From positions 32,001 to 96,000 of IMG/VR virus record IMGVR_UViG_3300022602_000029: 64,000 nucleotides of DNA; one strand, written 5' to 3'. Positions 1 through 10,861 of this stretch are shown here, in pieces; within the stretch, counting starts at the first letter, position 1; every line of letters begins with the position of its first letter. Made by a program: the position numbers and the translations under genes. This DNA comes from a virus. The notes beneath the pieces were generated by a model. The model searched no databases. It had not been told where the DNA came from and saw only the letters and a program-made list of their open reading frames with translations.

Positions 1-1
1 T

Positions 2-3000
2 GGCAATACCAATGGTGTGCATAATGTTGCGTTAGGACGAGAAACTCTATACTACAACACAGCTGGTAACTTTAATACTGCTATCGGTTATTGCTCACTT
101 TATAACAATACAGTAGGCACTAGTAACATAGCTATCGGCTGCCAGACGCTTGTTAGCAATACCGCCGGAAATTATAATCTAGCGATGGGAGTCAACGCAC
201 TATGCTCTAATACATATGGTTTAAATAACATAGCTTTAGGTTACACTGCGTTATCAAAAAATACCACTGGCGGTCAAAATATTGCTATTGGATGCCAGAA
301 TTTGTTTGCCAACACTGTCGGCGGGCAGAATATCGCTATGGGTAGTAACGCTATGTTCTTCAATACATCGGGCTGTTGCAATATTGCTATAGGTAGCGCC
401 GCATTATATGGCAACACAGGAGGTAGTGATAATACTGCTATCGGCCAAGGCGCACTACAGAAAAATGCCACAGGTTGCCATAACGTAGCGATTGGCTATG
501 CAACATTAAACGTTTCTACTGGTACTGTATGTAATATAGCTATTGGCTTCCAAGCCATGCGCTACAACACATATGGTAATTGTAACATCGCTGTTGGTAT
601 AAATGCCTTATTACGTAATACATGCGGTTGTTTAAACATAGCACTTGGTACGAAAGCCTTATATGGTAATGTGTGCGGCTGTAATAACTTTGCTGTAGGG
701 TACGGAACATTACGTAACAACACAGGTGGTAGTTACAATATCGCTATGGGCTTTGTATCCATGTGTGCGAACACCACCGGTGTCAACAATATCGCCTTAG
801 GAGCATGCACTTTATATAACAACACCTACGGTTGCAATAATATAGCGATAGGATTGTCGGCTTTATGCTACAACACTACTGGTATCAATAACTTCGCCGC
901 TGGTTACCAAGCTCTAACAGCCAACACGAGCGGTAACAATAACATAGCTATAGGCTTGTGCGCACTATCAGCCAACACAACAGGTAATGCCAACGTAGCA
1001 CTGGGATGGTTATCTCTATGTAAAAACACTACTGGACAGAATAACGTGGCTATAGGCTGCAATACCTTGCTATACAATACCTATGGATACAACAACTTTG
1101 CTTCCGGTATCAATGCCATGCGTTGTAATACTACAGGTTGTAATAACGTGGCCATAGGTCCTGGTTCGATGCAGTTAAACTGCTGCGGATCTTTTAATAT
1201 AGCAATAGGTCCATCTACCTTGTATTGTAATACCGCAGGTAACTACAATGTAGCATTAGGTGGCAACGCACTCTATGGAAATATTACTGGGTCATTTAAT
1301 ACTGCTATAGGACTAAATGCGTCTTACTGTAATCAATTTGGCAGTGGTAACTTTGCCGCAGGTTTCTGTGCTCTTTACAATAATACAGCCAGCGGCAACC
1401 TAGCTATAGGCTGTACGGCTATGGTCTTTAACACCACTGGACAGAATAACATAGCACTAGGTACGAATTCTCTCTGTGCTAATACCAGCGGTTGCACTAA
1501 CGTAGCGGTAGGATATGGAGCTTTAAGGCAAAATACCACAGGCAACGCTAACGTAGCGATAGGTGTATATACACTGGCATGCAATACCACTGGCTTTTGT
1601 AATATCGCTATAGGAGCCTCCGCCCTAGTCAATAATACGGCTGGCTGTATCAACATCGCAATCGGTGGTGGCGCTATGGGCGCTAATACTACCGGTTATG
1701 GCAATAATGCCATAGGAGTTACAGCACTAGGCTGTAATCAAGGAGGAAACTTTAACGTAGCGATAGGCCAACGTGCCGCTTGGGCCAACACCGCAGGTAG
1801 CCAGAACGTAGCTATAGGACAATGTAGTCTACGCTGTAATAGTCTAGGAAGCAATAACCTAGCTATCGGTGGACAGGCTACGATGTGTCTCAGCACAGGC
1901 TCTTGTAATATAGGTATAGGTTCATTCGCTGGATGTGCTATCACTAGCGGTAACGGCAATGTGGTAATAGGCGGCTATGGCGGAACTAACATGGCTACCA
2001 ATAATAACACAGTGGTCATAGCCGATGGTTCTGGTAATGTCAAGATGGGATTCACCAATACCGGAGCTATGTTTGTAGGTTCGAATATAACCAACTTTGG
2101 TGCCAATGGACAGGTACTGCAGTCATTTGGTCCTGGAGGAGCTCCTAACTGGGTCAATCCTGCCAGCATCACAGTAGGTACTGGAACCAACGCACTCAAC
2201 AGCTATGTTACTGATGATAGTTCAACAGGCAATCCAGAATATGTAACATTCGTCAATGCTACCAATACCTATACGGGTATAAGGTCTAACAGCGCCAGTT
2301 TTACTTACCAACCTAATATAGGACTGTTGACTACCCCGTCGCACTACATATCTAGCACAGCGGCCAACACAGCTACTACATCTAGCAACGCACTTTATGT
2401 AGCAGGTGGTTCATATCTAAACAGCCTGTTTGTATTGAATCAGGCCACATTTGCTGGACCAGTGGTATTCAACGGAACTGCTACCTATGTCTACAGTACT
2501 AATACAGTATATACAGATAACATCATAGAACTACATGCTCCTCCCGGAGGAGTCAACGGTCAATGGGCCTATGATGATGGCAAGGACATCGGACTCCGCT
2601 TCCATTATTTCAATAGATCTGTTAGCACTGACAGCAATGCCGCACTGGTATTGGCCGACGATAGCCAATATCTAGAATTCTACAATCTAGGTGCTGAATC
2701 TAATACAGGAACGTTCAGCGCAGGAACACCTACCTACGGAACATTCAAGACCGGTGCTATCAAGCTGGTAGGAGGCACTACCGCCACTTCTATCACTAGT
2801 GGTGATATGACAGTAACGGGAGGCGTAGGCATAGGAAAGAGTCTCTATGTCAATGGTAGCATCGTATTAAATGGATCTCCATTAACTACCCAGCAGGCCA
2901 TGACCACCTATGAGTTTACGTCAGGCATCAATTCATCTACATTCACTATCAGCGGTGGATATACCGTAGGACAGATAGAAGTTTACAGTAATGGTGTTTT

Positions 3001-3172
3001 AATGAACTCGGGAGATTATGTAGCCACTAACGGCAGCACGGTGGTGTTTAATGCTCCGAGAAATCAAGGAGATCTAATATCAGTAAGAACTTTCGTATCG
3101 TTTGGAGTAGCAGGTAGCACCATGGCCAGCAAGTCCTACGCAACAGCCATAGCCACCGCTATGGGCATGTAA
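2..3172 (+). CDS. Long tail fibre/adhesin with Cys-rich 17-aa repeats (5'-truncated by window edge)
   Basis: Frame is open from nt 2 (GNTNGVHNVALG), so the GTG at 17 is not the true start. About 38 repeats of NTTGxxNxAxGxxALxx resemble YadA-head beta-roll repeats. The C-terminal Ig-like module (GYTVGQIEVYSNGVL...DY.ATNGSTVVF) and terminal helix ATAIATAMGM are shared with 12996..20585. Confidence 0.8.
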   Translation, partial: GNTNGVHNVALGRETLYYNTAGNFNTAIGYCSLYNNTVGTSNIAIGCQTLVSNTAGNYNLAMGVNALCSNTYGLNNIALGYTALSKNTTGGQNIAIGCQNLFANTVGGQNIAMGSNAMFFNTSGCCNIAIGSAALYGNTGGSDNTAIGQGALQKNATGCHNVAIGYATLNVSTGTVCNIAIGFQAMRYNTYGNCNIAVGINALLRNTCGCLNIALGTKALYGNVCGCNNFAVGYGTLRNNTGGSYNIAMGFVSMCANTTGVNNIALGACTLYNNTYGCNNIAIGLSALCYNTTGINNFAAGYQALTANTSGNNNIAIGLCALSANTTGNANVALGWLSLCKNTTGQNNVAIGCNTLLYNTYGYNNFASGINAMRCNTTGCNNVAIGPGSMQLNCCGSFNIAIGPSTLYCNTAGNYNVALGGNALYGNITGSFNTAIGLNASYCNQFGSGNFAAGFCALYNNTASGNLAIGCTAMVFNTTGQNNIALGTNSLCANTSGCTNVAVGYGALRQNTTGNANVAIGVYTLACNTTGFCNIAIGASALVNNTAGCINIAIGGGAMGANTTGYGNNAIGVTALGCNQGGNFNVAIGQRAAWANTAGSQNVAIGQCSLRCNSLGSNNLAIGGQATMCLSTGSCNIGIGSFAGCAITSGNGNVVIGGYGGTNMATNNNTVVIADGSGNVKMGFTNTGAMFVGSNITNFGANGQVLQSFGPGGAPNWVNPASITVGTGTNALNSYVTDDSSTGNPEYVTFVNATNTYTGIRSNSASFTYQPNIGLLTTPSHYISSTAANTATTSSNALYVAGGSYLNSLFVLNQATFAGPVVFNGTATYVYSTNTVYTDNIIELHAPPGGVNGQWAYDDGKDIGLRFHYFNRSVSTDSNAALVLADDSQYLEFYNLGAESNTGTFSAGTPTYGTFKTGAIKLVGGTTATSITSGDMTVTGGVGIGKSLYVNGSIVLNGSPLTTQQAMTTYEFTSGINSSTFTISGGYTVGQIEVYSNGVLMNSGDYVATNGSTVVFNAPRNQGDLISVRTFVSFGVAGSTMASKSYATAIATAMGM

Positions 3173-3183
3173 AGGAAAAACAA

Positions 3184-3543
3184 ATGACCACACCATCAAA
3201 TCCATTATCGCTACTGTTTAACAACAGTGGACAGGCTACATTCAATAATACTGTTACGGTCACTAGTATAGCTATCAGCAACAGCACCAATACAGGTGCT
3301 TTGATAGTAGCAGGTGGACACGCTGTTGGAGGAAATCTCTATGTGGGCAATACAGCCGCGATATTATCTCCTGCATTATCGCTTTCTACAGCATCAGGAG
3401 CGTTGACAGTACAAGGTGGTGTAGGAGTAGCTGACAGTATATACGCAGGTAATCGAGTAGGTTGGGGATCAACGACCGGCACTTCTGTAGCATATCAAGT
3501 ATATAATTCTGCAGTTGGCAGTATAGATTTATATTTTGGATAA
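3184..3543 (+). CDS. Small tail adaptor/connector protein
   Basis: SD AGGA upstream; two STNTGALxVxGG segments; C-terminus GNRVGW...YQVYNS...IDLYFG is paralogous to 6006..6569. Confidence 0.6.
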   Translation: MTTPSNPLSLLFNNSGQATFNNTVTVTSIAISNSTNTGALIVAGGHAVGGNLYVGNTAAILSPALSLSTASGALTVQGGVGVADSIYAGNRVGWGSTTGTSVAYQVYNSAVGSIDLYFG

Positions 3544-5984
3544 TGGCAACACTAGCATCAAGAATAACATCTACAGGAACATATCAAGTCAGCGGTAGCT
3601 TTGATGAAGTTTCCTACAATCCTAATTCCACGGTTAAAGTAAACGTCCTGCCCTATAGCCAGTCATTGAAGCAGGGAAACTGGAGTTTTGGTAATTGCCA
3701 GGTATTTACCACAACCACAACGGTAGCACCGGATGGTACACTAACCGCCTACAAGGTAGTGGCTAATACAGGAACAGCAACGACTAACTACTATGGAAAT
3801 ACAAGTTTTATAGCCCCCTCGACTGGAACCTATCAGACTGTAATCAGCATTTATGCCAAACCGGCAGAACGCAATTCTTTGGCATTTTCATTCAGCACAG
3901 CGGGTTGGATCGTGTTCAATCTTGGTACTCAGCAGGTCACAAGTATCAGCACAGGTGCTATAGGCAGTGGTGCAGGACACGGAGGATTTGTATCAGGTAG
4001 CGTGACATCGGCTGCCAACGGATGGTACAGGGTCAGTGCTCTCACCACAGCAGAATATGTCAATCCATGGCAACCTGCCATGGCATCGGGGACAAACCTA
4101 TCTTTTATAGGAGACGGAGTTAGTGGTATATACCTATGGGGAGGTCAAGTAGAGCTTTCTTCAGCCGGTTTTCCTAGCGACTATGTTGCCACTACGGCAT
4201 CTGCGGCCTTGTTGAATCCGCCTATCACTAAAACTAATTCTTCTGGCATCGTTTACGCTGGTGGCGGATTCGATGAAGTTACTTATAATCCTACTAGCGG
4301 AGTTACTAAAAACCTATTGTTGTACAGCCAAGATTTTACGCAAACTTCTGCTTGGTCTGCACAGATTGCGGTTACACTAACTAAGACCAATGCCGTTACC
4401 GCTCCAGATGGTAGCAATACTGCTATACAATATTATCTTAGTGCTCCAAGTGGCAGGGGAGTAGATCAACATATAAACTTTGTTACTGGTATTACTTATA
4501 CGTTTAGTATATACCTAAATGCTATACAAAACACTACGTATTATCTATCGCATGTCGACAATTCGACGACCGTTATAACAGGTCAATCAGGAGCAATAAC
4601 CACTGGCACCGGTTGGAATAGAGTTAGTTTTACATTTACAGCTACCACAGCAACTTCTTTTATCCAGTTTGGGGATTTTTCAGGGAATACCGGTAATATG
4701 TTTTACTGTTGGGGATCACAACTAGAAATAGGAACTACTGCTACGAGTTATGTCGCTACCTCCTCCACTACAATACCTGTAAAATCTTTCGTGCAGAGAA
4801 CAGATAATCAAGGCAATGTCTATGTAGCTGACAAGTTTGACGAAGTCACAGGAAATCTTTTTACATGGACATTTACAGCGACTACAGCATTTCTTCCTAC
4901 TCTAACCGGATGGGGTGGTATACAGAGTTCTCTCAAAGGGGGGCTAGCGGATGGCAATTTATTTGATGGGTATAGTATGTGGGGATCTATTTACACTTCT
5001 AATCCCTATATTACAGCGATCTTTCCTACTACCTATAACGTTACAAATATATATGTAGGAGCCGCTTATCCAAATAGTCCCGGTTATTGGGGTGTATCTT
5101 ACACTAACAACGGAACACTACAAAGTAGCATGGATGGTATTAACTGGACCACATTAACGAATATTTCAGGAGTGACTCTTGGGAAGGTATCAGTGTTTCC
5201 AGTCAACACCACAGCTAACTATATTAGGGCAGTAGCATTAAGCGGTGGCGCATATCTTGCTGTTTCTGAATTTTACTTTGATGCTTCTTGGTACTTTAAT
5301 ACAGGAGTAAAACCAGTTAATACCAATGGCTTGGTCGGATATTGGAGCGCAAACTCGTCAAACAGTTATCCGGGAACTGGTACGATATGGTATGATATCT
5401 CGGGACAGAGCAATAATGCCACACTGGTTGGAACTTATAGTTATAATACCGGTACCAGTTTTAATATGTTAGGCACAGGATATGCTACTATATCTAGTAA
5501 AGTAGTTAATGGACTAGCGTCTAGTGCTACAGAATTTTCAGTGGCGGTATGGTTTAACTATACCAGCACAGCAACTTATACGTCTATGTTTGAAAAACAA
5601 AATGGACCTGGCGGAGGGATACCTCGTATGGATTTAGGATATATTGGGGGAGGAACAAACACACTGTACTGGACTACCTGGAATCAACCGACTGGAGTAA
5701 CTAATGATATGACCTATAGCACCGGTATCAATTCGGGAACATGGTATCACACGGTACTAACCTGTAGCAGTTCTACTTTTAAAATTGGTTACTTGAACGG
5801 ACAAAAGGTTGCGTCTGTAGCAGTTACAGCCAACTGGCCGGATGCTACTCAACCGTTTGGAATTGGTGGATACTCTAGAATAATGAACGGGCAAATAGGA
5901 GAAACTGAAATATATAATCGATCTTTATCGGCGGCAGAAGTTCTAGATCTCTTTAACTCTACTCGCTCTAAATACGGGTTATAA
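3543..5984 (+). CDS. Multidomain carbohydrate-binding virion protein (two spike-fibre/CBM-like domains, galactose-binding-like domain, C-terminal LamG domain)
   Basis: NLLxYSQ...APDG...GW.RVS...WGxQLE..Y domains occur twice; LamG signature SYPGTGTIWYDISG...WYHTVL...YLNG...IYNRSLSAAEV; TAATG overlap with the upstream gene. Confidence 0.75.
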   Translation: MATLASRITSTGTYQVSGSFDEVSYNPNSTVKVNVLPYSQSLKQGNWSFGNCQVFTTTTTVAPDGTLTAYKVVANTGTATTNYYGNTSFIAPSTGTYQTVISIYAKPAERNSLAFSFSTAGWIVFNLGTQQVTSISTGAIGSGAGHGGFVSGSVTSAANGWYRVSALTTAEYVNPWQPAMASGTNLSFIGDGVSGIYLWGGQVELSSAGFPSDYVATTASAALLNPPITKTNSSGIVYAGGGFDEVTYNPTSGVTKNLLLYSQDFTQTSAWSAQIAVTLTKTNAVTAPDGSNTAIQYYLSAPSGRGVDQHINFVTGITYTFSIYLNAIQNTTYYLSHVDNSTTVITGQSGAITTGTGWNRVSFTFTATTATSFIQFGDFSGNTGNMFYCWGSQLEIGTTATSYVATSSTTIPVKSFVQRTDNQGNVYVADKFDEVTGNLFTWTFTATTAFLPTLTGWGGIQSSLKGGLADGNLFDGYSMWGSIYTSNPYITAIFPTTYNVTNIYVGAAYPNSPGYWGVSYTNNGTLQSSMDGINWTTLTNISGVTLGKVSVFPVNTTANYIRAVALSGGAYLAVSEFYFDASWYFNTGVKPVNTNGLVGYWSANSSNSYPGTGTIWYDISGQSNNATLVGTYSYNTGTSFNMLGTGYATISSKVVNGLASSATEFSVAVWFNYTSTATYTSMFEKQNGPGGGIPRMDLGYIGGGTNTLYWTTWNQPTGVTNDMTYSTGINSGTWYHTVLTCSSSTFKIGYLNGQKVASVAVTANWPDATQPFGIGGYSRIMNGQIGETEIYNRSLSAAEVLDLFNSTRSKYGL

Positions 5985-5992
5985 TCTTAGAA

Positions 5993-5998
5993 TAAATA
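5993..5998 (+). promoter_or_regulatory. T4-type late promoter core TAAATA, 7 nt before ATG 6006
   Basis: Intergenic TAAATA, no SD. Confidence 0.65.
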
Positions 5999-6005
5999 CA
6001 ACACT

Positions 6006-6569
6006 ATGGCAAAACTACTCCCCGGCACACGAATTTATGGTACAGGTACCGTCGACAGCACCTTTTTTATCAATGGTACTGCTGTATCTACTTCAACTAA
6101 CACTGGGGCATTGATAGTAGCAGGCGGCGCCGCAGTTGGCTATAACTTATTTGTCGGTAGCCAAGCACTGATTGGGCAGTCTACCGTAACAATTACGGGT
6201 GTTGCAAGTGGATTTATAGCTAGTCCTGCGTTTATTCTCGGCGGGCAGACTACCGACAGTATGTATTTTAGACGTAACAGTAATGGTAACTATGCTCTAC
6301 AAACAAACAACGGGAACAACGCAGGTAATATAGCATTACAACCATATGGTGGACAGGTAGCTATTGGAACTAACGGAGTCTTACAAGCAAGTTCACCGAG
6401 TACAACTTCGACACAAACCGGTGCTCTAGTTGTCCAAGGCGGTATAGGAGTAGGAGATAGTGTTTATGTTGGTAACCGTGTAGGATTTGTTTCCACAGTT
6501 ACCAATGCCAGCGCGGTATATCAGATATATAATTCAATAACAAATAGTTTAGATACCGTGTTTGGATGA
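6006..6569 (+). CDS. Small tail adaptor/connector protein
   Basis: N-terminus MAKLLPGTRIYG is shared with 8841; STNTGALIVAGG segments; C-terminus is paralogous to 3184..3543. Confidence 0.6.
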   Translation: MAKLLPGTRIYGTGTVDSTFFINGTAVSTSTNTGALIVAGGAAVGYNLFVGSQALIGQSTVTITGVASGFIASPAFILGGQTTDSMYFRRNSNGNYALQTNNGNNAGNIALQPYGGQVAIGTNGVLQASSPSTTSTQTGALVVQGGIGVGDSVYVGNRVGFVSTVTNASAVYQIYNSITNSLDTVFG

Positions 6570-6572
6570 TCG

Positions 6573-8819
6573 ATGACCAATACTATAGCAAGACTGACTA
6601 CCTCGGGGACATATTATACCAGCGCAAAATTTGATGAAGTGACTGGTATACCTATCATCGATTCTAGTCTACAGATATTATTTGATGCTGGAAATCTTCG
6701 AAGTTATCCAGGATCAGGAACCATATGGTATGACATCAGCGGGAATGGATACATAGCCACCTTGACCAATACACCTTTATATTCATCGGCTAATGGTGGT
6801 TATATTTCATTCAACGGTGTCAATCAATACGCAAATACCAACTATATACAACCTGCTTATCAATCTACTAGTTCATTTACGTGGAATGTTTGGATATCAT
6901 CCGGCAATACATCTACCCAAGGACAAAATGCTACTATAGGTAATAGGAGTTATTCAGGCAGTTATTTTGATTTTACCAAGATTGACAATAACTTGACATT
7001 TGAATATTATCATACTGGTACTGTTTCTAACTATATAGTGCCTGGAAGCGTATCTAGCAATACTTGGTACAATCTTGCTATAGTGAAAAATACCAGCAGT
7101 TTTTCCTATTATGTCAATGGAGTGCTTAAAAATACACTAGTTTCGACTAATACAACAGGAACCGCTCCGCAGGCATTTTGGATTGGCGGAGACCTTAATG
7201 CTGGAGAATACGGCAACGCTAACATATCTTTAGTCAGTATATACAATCGCCCATTGTCTAGTACAGAAGTCGTGACTAACTATAATGCCTTGGCACCTAG
7301 ATTTAATCTATCGCAGATAACTGTAGGAACCGGTGCTCCTTCTAGTGTCACTACTACGGCTGTATATCTTAACTATATGGATGAAGTAACCGGCATAATC
7401 AATACCAATGGACTAGTGGGATTACTAAATGCTTCAGCCTATGGTGGGAGCGGTCCATGGAACGACTTAGTCAATACATATAACAGCAAATTTAGCGGCA
7501 CAGCCACTAACATCACTTATATCACTACAGTAAGCAACACTGCTCTTTATTTTCCTAATACATCAACTAGCGTAGTACAGTTGTATAGTATACCTGCTTC
7601 ATTTTTTACATCTACTTATACAGTATCATTCTGGGTTTTCATGAATCAGACTAACAAGGCCACTGACAATGCTTTCCTAGGTAATGGCCAATCAGGCACT
7701 AATCAAGGGCTCCATATGGGAGAAAGAGGTAGTTATACATATTATGGATTTTTTAGCGATGATCTAAGCGGAACCATTAACTTATTTCCCAGCAGGTGGT
7801 ATAATATAGTCTATCAGTATAACGCCAGTAATCTGACAAAAAATATATATCTCAACGGTGTATTAGATGCCACAGGAACGGCCACAGGAGCTTACTTACC
7901 TACGTTCAATAATACAGAAGTAGGGAGATATTCCTGGAACACCACCTATAATATGTTTGGATATATTTCTCAGGTAGCATTTTACAGTAGATTTTTAAGT
8001 CCTGCTGAGATCTTAGATAACTATCAGGCACTGGCCAAATCATATGGTCTGGCTGTAACGACTATTCCTCCTGTGTTGAGAGAAACTACTAGTTCGGTAC
8101 GTGTTTCTCAGATATTTGACGAAGTAACTCCTATGATAGTTACTACCGGAACTGTGCTGAATCTAGATGCGAAACAGTACGGAGGAGCGGGAACAGTATG
8201 GGCCGATCTTAGCCCTACAAATGATCTAGTATCTCTATACAATACTACCTTTAGTTCATCTACCAGCAGTTACTTTACTTTTAATGGATCAAACTCTGTA
8301 GTTGGTACTAACTATTATTATTCCGGGACAGGCCCGCAAAACTTTAGCCTCTGTGCTTGGTTCCAAACTTCCGTAGCTAACGGAAAGATAATAGGATTTG
8401 AAAGCGTTAATGGCCTTGGCTCATCAGGAAGCTATGATAGACATATCTATGTGGGAACAGATGGTAGGCTCTATTTCGGTGTATATCCCGGATTCATAGC
8501 CATAGATGATACTACTAGCACTTCTTATGCTAATAATATATGGCATTATGTAGTGGCTACATTTACTACAGCTACATATACCAATAATATGTTGTTGTAT
8601 GTAGATGGAAGTCTCACCGGAGTGGCATCTTCTACAGGTCCTCCTCAGGCATATTCAGGTTGGTGGAAAATCGGCGGTAATAGTATAGGAGGCTGGAACA
8701 CAGTTACTAATGCCACGTTCCAGGGTAATATTTCTATGGTACAGGTTTATAATCGTCCTATAACGGCAGCAGAAGTCTCGGAAAACTTTAATCAAACCAG
8801 AGGCAGGTTCGGGGTTTAA
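6573..8819 (+). CDS. Virion protein with three LamG/concanavalin A-like lectin domains
   Basis: Three repeats of DA...SY..SGxxWxDxS...F.FNG...WYNxxx...YxNG...YNRxLSxxExxxNY/F; ends RGRFGV. Confidence 0.8.
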   Translation: MTNTIARLTTSGTYYTSAKFDEVTGIPIIDSSLQILFDAGNLRSYPGSGTIWYDISGNGYIATLTNTPLYSSANGGYISFNGVNQYANTNYIQPAYQSTSSFTWNVWISSGNTSTQGQNATIGNRSYSGSYFDFTKIDNNLTFEYYHTGTVSNYIVPGSVSSNTWYNLAIVKNTSSFSYYVNGVLKNTLVSTNTTGTAPQAFWIGGDLNAGEYGNANISLVSIYNRPLSSTEVVTNYNALAPRFNLSQITVGTGAPSSVTTTAVYLNYMDEVTGIINTNGLVGLLNASAYGGSGPWNDLVNTYNSKFSGTATNITYITTVSNTALYFPNTSTSVVQLYSIPASFFTSTYTVSFWVFMNQTNKATDNAFLGNGQSGTNQGLHMGERGSYTYYGFFSDDLSGTINLFPSRWYNIVYQYNASNLTKNIYLNGVLDATGTATGAYLPTFNNTEVGRYSWNTTYNMFGYISQVAFYSRFLSPAEILDNYQALAKSYGLAVTTIPPVLRETTSSVRVSQIFDEVTPMIVTTGTVLNLDAKQYGGAGTVWADLSPTNDLVSLYNTTFSSSTSSYFTFNGSNSVVGTNYYYSGTGPQNFSLCAWFQTSVANGKIIGFESVNGLGSSGSYDRHIYVGTDGRLYFGVYPGFIAIDDTTSTSYANNIWHYVVATFTTATYTNNMLLYVDGSLTGVASSTGPPQAYSGWWKIGGNSIGGWNTVTNATFQGNISMVQVYNRPITAAEVSENFNQTRGRFGV

Positions 8820-8827
8820 AAATACAA

Positions 8828-8833
8828 TAAATA
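8828..8833 (+). promoter_or_regulatory. Late promoter core TAAATA, 7 nt before ATG 8841
   Basis: Intergenic TAAATA, no SD. Confidence 0.65.
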
Positions 8834-8840
8834 TCATACT

Positions 8841-9509
8841 ATGGCAAGACTTCAAAGCGGAACAAGGATATACGGCACAGCAACAGTTGACACGATTTTA
8901 TTCGTCAACAGTACCGCCACTGCTGTTTCAACTAGCACGGGCGCACTAGTAGTAGCAGGCGGTGCGGGATTCAATGGAAATATATATTTCAATGGAAATC
9001 TATACCAGAATGGAGCTCTTTTTACCAGCGGTGTTAGTACAGGAACCACATCTACTTTTTTTATAAACAACAACACACAGAGTACCAGCACTAATACAGG
9101 TGCACTGGTAGTAGCAGGCGGTGTAGGCGTAGGTGGCAATATCTACGCAGGTGGCGCTTTATTTGCTGTTACCAAGTCATTCCTGATCGAACATCCTACC
9201 AAACCAGGTATGAAACTGCGTTACGGAAGCCTAGAAGGTCCTGAAAATGGCGTCTATGTGAGAGGAAGATTGAAAGGAACTACTACTATTGAACTACCGG
9301 ACTATTGGTCAAAACTAGTTGACCCTGAAAGTGTCACAGTTCAAATCACACCAATAGGTCGTCACCAGAAGTTATTCGTGCAAGAGATCACAAACAATCA
9401 AGTAATCATAGAAAATGATGCACTGTTTGGCGGTAGCATCGACTGCTATTATGTCATATTCGCCGAGCGTGCTGATACTGATAAACTAGCAGTCGAGATA
9501 CCAGGATGA
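8841..9509 (+). CDS. Short tail-fibre protein with C-terminal chaperone-like domain
   Basis: STxTGALVVAGG segments followed by KSFLIEHPTKPGMKLRYGSLEGPENGVYVRG...LPDYW, a tail-fibre C-terminal domain common in large myoviruses. Confidence 0.65.
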   Translation: MARLQSGTRIYGTATVDTILFVNSTATAVSTSTGALVVAGGAGFNGNIYFNGNLYQNGALFTSGVSTGTTSTFFINNNTQSTSTNTGALVVAGGVGVGGNIYAGGALFAVTKSFLIEHPTKPGMKLRYGSLEGPENGVYVRGRLKGTTTIELPDYWSKLVDPESVTVQITPIGRHQKLFVQEITNNQVIIENDALFGGSIDCYYVIFAERADTDKLAVEIPG

Positions 9510-10861
9510 GCATAAGTTATAATCCCAGTATAGTCACACAAAATCTCGCTCTCTTGGTAGATACAGTAAATCCCAAGAGCTATACTAATAGCGAGAATCT
9601 ATTTTACTATAGTGAAAATTTAAACTATAGCGGGTATACTAATTTATCAGCATATACCGTAACCTATGCTACCAGCGTTATCAGTCCCGCAGGTACTACA
9701 TCAACTAATACTGTGATAGGTGCTAGTACATCAGCTAACTACTCATATATCAGCCAGCAGTATATCACCGGACAGGGTGGATATTATACCTTCAGTATGT
9801 ACGCAAAACCGGGAACTACTGGCACGATCACACTGATACATGGTACTAATGGATTCTATACTCCTAATGGAACCAGCACAGTATATGCCACGGTGATAGT
9901 TGACCTGCCTACCAGTACTATGACTCTACGTGGATTGTCACAGGGCACAGGGAATAATAATACCATAGCTGATTTTTCTTGGGGGAAGACTCCGGCAGCT
10001 AACGGTTGGACCAGATATTATATCATTGCAAACTTAACTACATCTACCAATCTCTGGCCCATGACCAGTGTTAATGCGGGATTTTATGTAGGAATCCCCG
10101 GTAATACTTCTGCAGCTAATGGGTTGAATATGTATGCCTGGGGATTACAGTTAGAAAACAGCACGCAGATGAATAGCTACACGCCTACTGCTGGATCTAA
10201 TGCTTTCCGTAGTTTAATATGGAATGATATCAGCGGTAATAATAATAACCTAACCATAGGCGGCGGTATATATAATCCAGGGCAAAGCATGAGTAGTGGA
10301 GTATTTTTCACCAACTCTGCTACAGTATGTTCAGCTTCTGCTAGCCAGAATTTCTTAAAAACTACCAGTGCCACTAATGTATCATATAGTTTTACTATCA
10401 ATGCCAACTGGTATGCTGACCAGTATTATCAAACATTATTTGGTATGCAAAGCAGTGGTTTTACTTATGTGGCCACTTTAATTTTAGACAACGCAGTTAG
10501 CCCTATAGGAGACCTATGTGTAGATATGAGATCACCGCTAGGAAATGATAGAGATATCATCCAATATAATATGTTGCCCTATAGTAATCAGTGGATATTG
10601 TTAACCTATACATTTAATACCGGAACACATAGTCTCTATGTAAACAATAATCTAGTAGCGCAAGCCTCGGGTAATAATAAAATCTTTCCAGGCTGGCCTA
10701 GCGGGGTTAGCAATAGCGGATTTGCCATAGGAACCAATCTCGATTCGGCTAGACCTATAGGCAACGCTAACATAGGATGGGTCGCAGTATATAATTCAAC
10801 CTTAACTCTTGATCAGATAACACAGAATTTCTCAGCACTACGCGGGAGGTATGGTATATGA
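9506..10861 (+). CDS. LamG lectin protein with inserted spike-fibre/CBM-like domain
   Basis: PSIVTQNLALLVD...KSY, then ENLFYYSE...WGLQLE insert, then IWNDISGNNN...YNSTLT...QNFSALRGRYGI; ATGA overlap. Confidence 0.7.
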   Translation: MSISYNPSIVTQNLALLVDTVNPKSYTNSENLFYYSENLNYSGYTNLSAYTVTYATSVISPAGTTSTNTVIGASTSANYSYISQQYITGQGGYYTFSMYAKPGTTGTITLIHGTNGFYTPNGTSTVYATVIVDLPTSTMTLRGLSQGTGNNNTIADFSWGKTPAANGWTRYYIIANLTTSTNLWPMTSVNAGFYVGIPGNTSAANGLNMYAWGLQLENSTQMNSYTPTAGSNAFRSLIWNDISGNNNNLTIGGGIYNPGQSMSSGVFFTNSATVCSASASQNFLKTTSATNVSYSFTINANWYADQYYQTLFGMQSSGFTYVATLILDNAVSPIGDLCVDMRSPLGNDRDIIQYNMLPYSNQWILLTYTFNTGTHSLYVNNNLVAQASGNNKIFPGWPSGVSNSGFAIGTNLDSARPIGNANIGWVAVYNSTLTLDQITQNFSALRGRYGI

